A DNA stretch of 20,480 nt from Candidatus Nitrospinota bacterium M3_3B_026 (GTDB lineage Bacteria > Nitrospinota_A > UBA7883 > JBPRGF01). A program made the position numbers and the translations under genes. Under the pieces are notes generated by a model that was given only the letters and a program-made list of their open reading frames with translations, did no database searches and had not been told where the DNA came from. The stretch's first letter is position 1; the number at the start of each line of letters is the position of its first letter. Below are positions 15,803 through 20,480 of this stretch, piece by piece. Where the stretch lies: NCBI GenBank assembly GCA_051418015.1, contig JBPRGF010000025.1:1-20480 (forward strand), written 5' to 3'.

Positions 15803-16864
15803 ATGCACGAGACCCATCACCAAGAGCGAGAGAGCGCCCGGCGGATGGCCCACTACCTGGGGCCGGCCCGGCGTTTCTTGAGCGACGAGAACGTCACCGA
15901 GATCTACACCAGCCCGCTCGATGGGCGCGTGTTTTTAGACACCCGTAAAGAAGGGCGCGTAGGCACGGAGATGTATCTCTCTCCCGGGGACATCCGCTCG
16001 TTTCTAAACGTGGTCGCCGACCGGCAGGCCGAGACCCTCGGGCCGGGGAACGAATCAATTCAGGCCCAGCTTCCAGAGGCAATCTTTGGAGGGGCGCGCC
16101 TGCAGGGCATCTTGCCCCGCATCGTGAGGATTCCTTGCCTGAACATCCGCAAGCGCCCCACCCGGATTTACACCCTCGCCGACTACGTGGCGCAGGGCGC
16201 TCTTACGCCGGGGCTCAAGGCGAGCCTCGAAGTGGCAGTCGCTACGCGAAAGAACGTCCTGGTAGCCGGGGGAACGGGGAGCGGCAAGACCACCTTCGTG
16301 AACGCCATCCTGAAGGCGATGACCGACTACGGACCCCATGAGAACTTCCTTCTGATTGAAGACACGCCTGAGCTACAGTGCGCAGCGGAGGACCGGCGGG
16401 AATTTCAGACGACGCTCCATTCGCCTATGGCCCATCTCGTTCGGATGAGCCTTCGGGCCAGCCCCGACCGGATTATCGTCGGGGAGGTGCGGGACGGGAG
16501 CGCCTACTACCTGATGGACGCCTGGTGTACGGGCCACCCCGGCGGGACGGGCACCGTCCACGCCACGAGCCCGGTAGGGGCGCTGCGCCGGATGGCGCGC
16601 CTGGCCCGCCAGGCCTACGACGTCGACCACCGCGTCCTCGTCGCCGAGTCGATCGACCTCATCTGTGTGATTCAAAAAGAAGGCGACAGGCGAAAGATCA
16701 CCGACGTGGTCCAGGTCGGAAATGAACTGACGCCCTCCGGGACGTTTGCGCTCAGCCCGCTGTTTTCAAGTGGCGGGGACCTGAGTGGAAGTGGCCCAAG
16801 TGACTCGGGTCAACTTCGGCTCAAGGGGACGAACGGGGTCCCTCAAGGGACTTCTCAGCAGTGA
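15803..16864 (+). CDS. trbB: P-type conjugative transfer ATPase TrbB (VirB11 family)
   Basis: Walker A NVLVAGGTGSGKTT, Asp box LIEDTPELQC, SLRASPDRIIVGEVRD, His box WCTGHPGGTGTVHA. Start at ATG 15803 (MHETHH), downstream of the promoter. Confidence 0.93.
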   Translation: MHETHHQERESARRMAHYLGPARRFLSDENVTEIYTSPLDGRVFLDTRKEGRVGTEMYLSPGDIRSFLNVVADRQAETLGPGNESIQAQLPEAIFGGARLQGILPRIVRIPCLNIRKRPTRIYTLADYVAQGALTPGLKASLEVAVATRKNVLVAGGTGSGKTTFVNAILKAMTDYGPHENFLLIEDTPELQCAAEDRREFQTTLHSPMAHLVRMSLRASPDRIIVGEVRDGSAYYLMDAWCTGHPGGTGTVHATSPVGALRRMARLARQAYDVDHRVLVAESIDLICVIQKEGDRRKITDVVQVGNELTPSGTFALSPLFSSGGDLSGSGPSDSGQLRLKGTNGVPQGTSQQ

Positions 16865-16939
16865 GTCCCCTCAGAGCTGAACCTACAGAAGCAAGAAGTA
16901 CTCACGACCAATCAAAGAACCAACAACTCAGCCATACCC

Positions 16940-17362
16940 ATGACCCAGCCCATGTCCTCGACCGATCACAGCGGTTCTCAGCGAACATCCAGCTCCCCAA
17001 GGCCGCTCGCGCCTCTTTCATCTTCCGGAAGTGAACAAGAGGAGGGGAGCAGGGCCACTCGGCTTCTCCGTGCGACAGTTGCGTGTCTGGCCGTCTCGTT
17101 TGCTATCGGCGCCAGCCCCGCCCTTGCGGCCGGAACGACCGCCGGCGTGCCGTGGGAGACGGCCCTGACCTCATTCCTCGACATCTTTTCGGGCCAGACG
17201 GCGCGGCTCCTGGCAGCTCTCATGTTTATCGGGGGCGCGGTCATCTGGGGCTTTAGCCGGAACGAGGAGGGCTTCCAGATGATCGGCAAGGTCATCGTGT
17301 CGGCGGGCCTCATCATCGGCGCAGCGGCCATCAGCACCACCATCTTTGGGGCCGTTATTTAG
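16940..17362 (+). CDS. trbC: TrbC/VirB2 family pilin
   Basis: Signal peptide ending SPALA, then PWETALTSFLDIFSGQTAR and two hydrophobic helices; follows trbB. Confidence 0.88.
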   Translation: MTQPMSSTDHSGSQRTSSSPRPLAPLSSSGSEQEEGSRATRLLRATVACLAVSFAIGASPALAAGTTAGVPWETALTSFLDIFSGQTARLLAALMFIGGAVIWGFSRNEEGFQMIGKVIVSAGLIIGAAAISTTIFGAVI

Positions 17363-17477
17363 GTCCGGAAGGAGGTGAGGCCTGAAGGGCGAGATCTGAA
17401 TGAAGCCTGGAATTGGGGGCTTGAAGCAGGACTGCTCATAGCAACACCATAGTCGCACGAACACCAAGGAGCAAAAA

Positions 17478-17837
17478 ATGGAAACCCACCCGCAGGAAGG
17501 GGGCTCAGTAGGGGCTCCGGTCCTTGAGACGAACACGGTGCACCAGTCCCTGGTGCGGAGCCCGCTTTTTGCCGGGGTCGAGTTTGGAATTTTGCTCATG
17601 GAGGTCGGCATCTCGGTCGCGTTTCTCTTCGTGGCGAACTTTAGTCCGATGGCGATTCTTCCGTGCCTCCTGGTCGGGCTGGGGATTCACGTCCCTACCC
17701 GGCGGCTCCTACGAAGCGACCCGCAGTTCCTTCAGGTCCTCGCCGCGAGTCTCCCGCATAGGGCCTACTACGGCCCGGTGAGCGACATCCGCGTGCCGCT
17801 GCCCAAGCGACGGTCCTGTATCTCAACGAAGACCTGA
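17478..17837 (+). CDS. trbD: TrbD/VirB3 family membrane protein
   Basis: VHQSLVRSPLFAGVE motif, two transmembrane segments, then RSDPQFLQV...YY; lies between pilin and VirB4. Confidence 0.88.
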   Translation: METHPQEGGSVGAPVLETNTVHQSLVRSPLFAGVEFGILLMEVGISVAFLFVANFSPMAILPCLLVGLGIHVPTRRLLRSDPQFLQVLAASLPHRAYYGPVSDIRVPLPKRRSCISTKT

Positions 17838-17847
17838 CCCTTTTCGA

Positions 17848-17899
17848 CAACGACCACGCCCTTTCCCAAACGAACACGTCTGCTATAAACGAACACGTC
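17848..17899 (+). repeat. 13-bp direct repeat in the trbD-trbE spacer
   Basis: AAACGAACACGTC at 17868-17880 and 17887-17899; degenerate CAACGACCACGCC at 17848. Confidence 0.7.
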
Positions 17900-17900
17900 C

Positions 17901-20480
17901 ATGGACTTCCTATCTCTTCTTCTCGGCGCCGGGGGCGGGGCGCTTCTTACGAAAGCCTTGTCGGCGACGCGGGAGTTTCGCCCCGGCGTTGCGGGCATCG
18001 CCGACCTCCTGCACTGGGACTCCATCATCGGCGAAGGCGCCCTCCAGCAGGCCGACGGGTCGATGCTCTGCGCCTGGGCTTATCGAGGCGCCGACATGCA
18101 GACGGCCACCATTCACGAGCGTAATGCCCTCGCCCGCCAGCTCAATGAGGCCCTCTTGCCCCTCTCCGACGGCTGGATGTTTCACGTAGACGCCATCCGC
18201 CGGCCCGCTCGCTTCTTGGCAGAGGACGGCGCCTTCCCGGACGGGCTAAGCCGCCTCATCGACGAGGAGCGCCGATCGGGGTATACGTCTCGTTTCGAGG
18301 CTAACTCGGGTGAGTCCCGAGGCGGCGTCTTCGAGACCGATTACGTGCTCACGGCGACCTACAAGCCGCCGGCGGGCGTCTACAACCAGCTCTCCCGGTT
18401 TTTCGTGACCGGCCGTCAGCGGGCGTCCACCAAGATGGATCGGCTGATCGACCTCTTTGAGGCGCAGGTATCGGAGGTCGAGATGCGCCTGCGCGGGCCG
18501 CTTCGCCTGAGGCGCCTCTCGACGGAGGAGCTCCTTCGCCACCTGCACACGTGCCTTACGGGCCTTCAGCACCCGGTCATGCCCCCGCCGGTCAACGTGG
18601 GACTGAATTCCTACCTTGCCGACCAGCAGGTCTTTGGGGGCTTTGCCCCTCGGGTGGGGGACCGGCACGTGAGAGCGGTATCGCTCCACGGCTTTCCGAA
18701 CGCCACCTCGCAGGGCATCCTGGGCCGCCTTCACAACCTGCCGGCGGCCTACCGCTGGAGCACCCGTCTCATTATGCTAAGCTCCGAGACGGCCTCCCAG
18801 CTCATCCGGACCCGGCGGCACTCCTGGTTCAAGAAGCGAAAGGGCCTGAGTGAGGCCCTGCGGAGCTTTACCGGGCAGCAGGTAAGCGAGGAGCAGCGAC
18901 GGGTCGAGCGCGAGTTTTTCGAAGACGAGAGCGCGGTTCGGATGGCCACCGACGCAAAGGAGGCGCTCACCCGGATGCAGTCCGCCGAGGCGCGCTACTG
19001 CCTCTACACCTCCACGTTCATCGTCATGGAGAGGGAAGAGGCCCGCGCCGAGGAGATCGCGGAGGAGATCCGGGAGGTCCTTGTCGAGGCCGGTTTCCCC
19101 AGCCGCATCGAGGACGTAAATGCCCTGGAGGCCTACCTGGGATCTCTTCCCGGCAACGGGACGGCCAACAGCCGGCGCTTTGCGGTCCACACCCGCAACG
19201 TCGCCGACCTCATGCCCGCAACCCAGATCTGGCCCGGGGCCGAATACAACCAGAGCCACCTCTTCCCCCCCGGGTCCCCGGCGCTCCTCTCGGCAAAGAC
19301 CGACGGGTCGACGCCCTTCCGGCTCAACTTGCATGCGCAGGGGGACGTGGGCCACACGCTCGTCATCGGCGCCACCGGGGCCGGAAAAAGCGTCGTCGTA
19401 AATACGCTCATGGCCCAGTGGCTCCGCTACGAAAAGGCGCAGGTCTTTCTCTTTGACCTCGGGCACTCGGGCTACCTCCTCGCCAAGGGCGTAGGTGGGC
19501 GGCACTACCAGCTCTCCCCAGACGCAGGGGCGGCCCTCTCGCTCCAGCCCCTTCTTCAGGTGGGCGATGAGGAGGAACGTGCCTGGGCGGCCTCCTGGAT
19601 CGAGACCACCATCGAGCTTCAGGGCGTAACCCCGACGCCTGCCCGGCGGGCCGAGATCGGGCGCGCCCTCAGGCTCATCGCGGCCAACCCCCCTCACATG
19701 CGCACCCTGGAGGAGCTCAAGATCCTCGTGCAGGATGAAGAGGTCGCCGGCGCCCTCGGGCAGTTTGTCGGGGAGGGGACCTACGCGCACCTCCTCAATG
19801 GAAGCCAAGATGCGCTTGCAGGAGACGCCTTAGCGGAAGACACTTCTGAAAAGGAGGCTTCCGAAATGGACACTTGCGAAGAGGGAGAAGACCTCAGCAC
19901 CTCCGGCGCCCTAAATCCGGCGTATCAGGTCTTCGAGCTCTCCGCCGTGCGCGACCTGCCGGAGAGCGTCTTTATTCCCCTCTTGCTCTACCTCTTCCAC
20001 CACGTAGAGCGGCAACTCCGGGCCGACCGCCCCTCGATCATTGTGCTGGAGGAGGTCTGGCACGCCCTCATGCACTCCAGCTTCTCCGAACGCATCAAGC
20101 AGTGGCTGCTCACGCTCCGAAAGCAGAACGCGGCGGTCGTCATGGTCGCCCACACCCCCGCCCAGATCGCCCAGCTCGAAAACCGGGAGATCGTGATCGA
20201 CTCTTGCCCGACGAAGATCTTCCTCCCGAATCCCGACGCGGTCGATCCAGAGGCAAAGGCCCTCTACCGAACGATGGGCCTGAACGAACGGGAGATTGAG
20301 GCGATCGCCACGGCGACCCGAAAGAAGCACTACTTCTTCAAGTGTCCGGTCGGGAGCCGCCTCTTTGACCTGGACCTGGGGCCTCTGGCCCTGCAGTTTG
20401 TCGCGATGCCGTCGGGGGACGTGGGCGCCCTGCGGAAAAGGGTCGAGGCGCTGGAGAAGAAACGCGGGCGCGGGTGGGTC
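17901..20480 (+). CDS. trbE: TrbE/VirB4 family T4SS ATPase, truncated by the window end
   Basis: Not in the ORF track because it has no stop in the window. ATG 17901 gives MDFLSLLLGAGGG..IADLLHWDSII..QADGSMLCAWAYRGAD. In-frame Walker A GHTLVIGATGAGKS at 19350, Walker B region IIVLEEVWHAL at 20037, then WLLTLRKQNAAVV and IDSCPTKIFLPN. Frame checked at several points, not at every codon. Confidence 0.93.
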   Translation, partial: MDFLSLLLGAGGGALLTKALSATREFRPGVAGIADLLHWDSIIGEGALQQADGSMLCAWAYRGADMQTATIHERNALARQLNEALLPLSDGWMFHVDAIRRPARFLAEDGAFPDGLSRLIDEERRSGYTSRFEANSGESRGGVFETDYVLTATYKPPAGVYNQLSRFFVTGRQRASTKMDRLIDLFEAQVSEVEMRLRGPLRLRRLSTEELLRHLHTCLTGLQHPVMPPPVNVGLNSYLADQQVFGGFAPRVGDRHVRAVSLHGFPNATSQGILGRLHNLPAAYRWSTRLIMLSSETASQLIRTRRHSWFKKRKGLSEALRSFTGQQVSEEQRRVEREFFEDESAVRMATDAKEALTRMQSAEARYCLYTSTFIVMEREEARAEEIAEEIREVLVEAGFPSRIEDVNALEAYLGSLPGNGTANSRRFAVHTRNVADLMPATQIWPGAEYNQSHLFPPGSPALLSAKTDGSTPFRLNLHAQGDVGHTLVIGATGAGKSVVVNTLMAQWLRYEKAQVFLFDLGHSGYLLAKGVGGRHYQLSPDAGAALSLQPLLQVGDEEERAWAASWIETTIELQGVTPTPARRAEIGRALRLIAANPPHMRTLEELKILVQDEEVAGALGQFVGEGTYAHLLNGSQDALAGDALAEDTSEKEASEMDTCEEGEDLSTSGALNPAYQVFELSAVRDLPESVFIPLLLYLFHHVERQLRADRPSIIVLEEVWHALMHSSFSERIKQWLLTLRKQNAAVVMVAHTPAQIAQLENREIVIDSCPTKIFLPNPDAVDPEAKALYRTMGLNEREIEAIATATRKKHYFFKCPVGSRLFDLDLGPLALQFVAMPSGDVGALRKRVEALEKKRGRGWV

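Larger units (their letters stand above)
1..20480. mobile_element. Conjugative plasmid or ICE backbone (partition + MOB_P + P-type T4SS)
   Basis: parA, mobC, relaxase, primase and trbBCDE occur together with no housekeeping genes. No integrase or Rep gene is visible in the window. Confidence 0.9.

Noticed and set aside
17910..20330. Several minus-strand and off-frame ORFs, such as 18777-19808
   Set aside because: All lie within the trbE frame, which the track omitted because it has no stop in the window.

Overview
GC-rich segment of a conjugative plasmid or ICE backbone. Most starts lack a Shine-Dalgarno site and follow C/A- or pyrimidine-rich leaders, and several proteins are acidic, which suggests (inference) a Rhodothermota/Bacteroidota-type host. 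Left to right: a truncated probable partition partner gene and parA (both minus strand); about 24 degenerate 16-17 bp tandem repeats followed by DnaA-box-like motifs (centromere and/or oriV candidate); mobC and a MOB_P-type relaxase; an ORF with a BID-like domain that is in frame with the relaxase and separated from it by one TGA; a convergent protein built from about six AP2-like domains; a CxxC-rich hypothetical; a Schlafen/AlbA_2-HATPase-HTH gene beside a res-like dyad cluster; a Zn-finger/TOPRIM primase fused to an apparently inactivated P-loop domain; and, behind a near-consensus sigma70 promoter, the start of a P-type T4SS operon (trbB-trbC-trbD-trbE, trbE running off the window). All family calls come from motifs recognised by eye; no database search was run.
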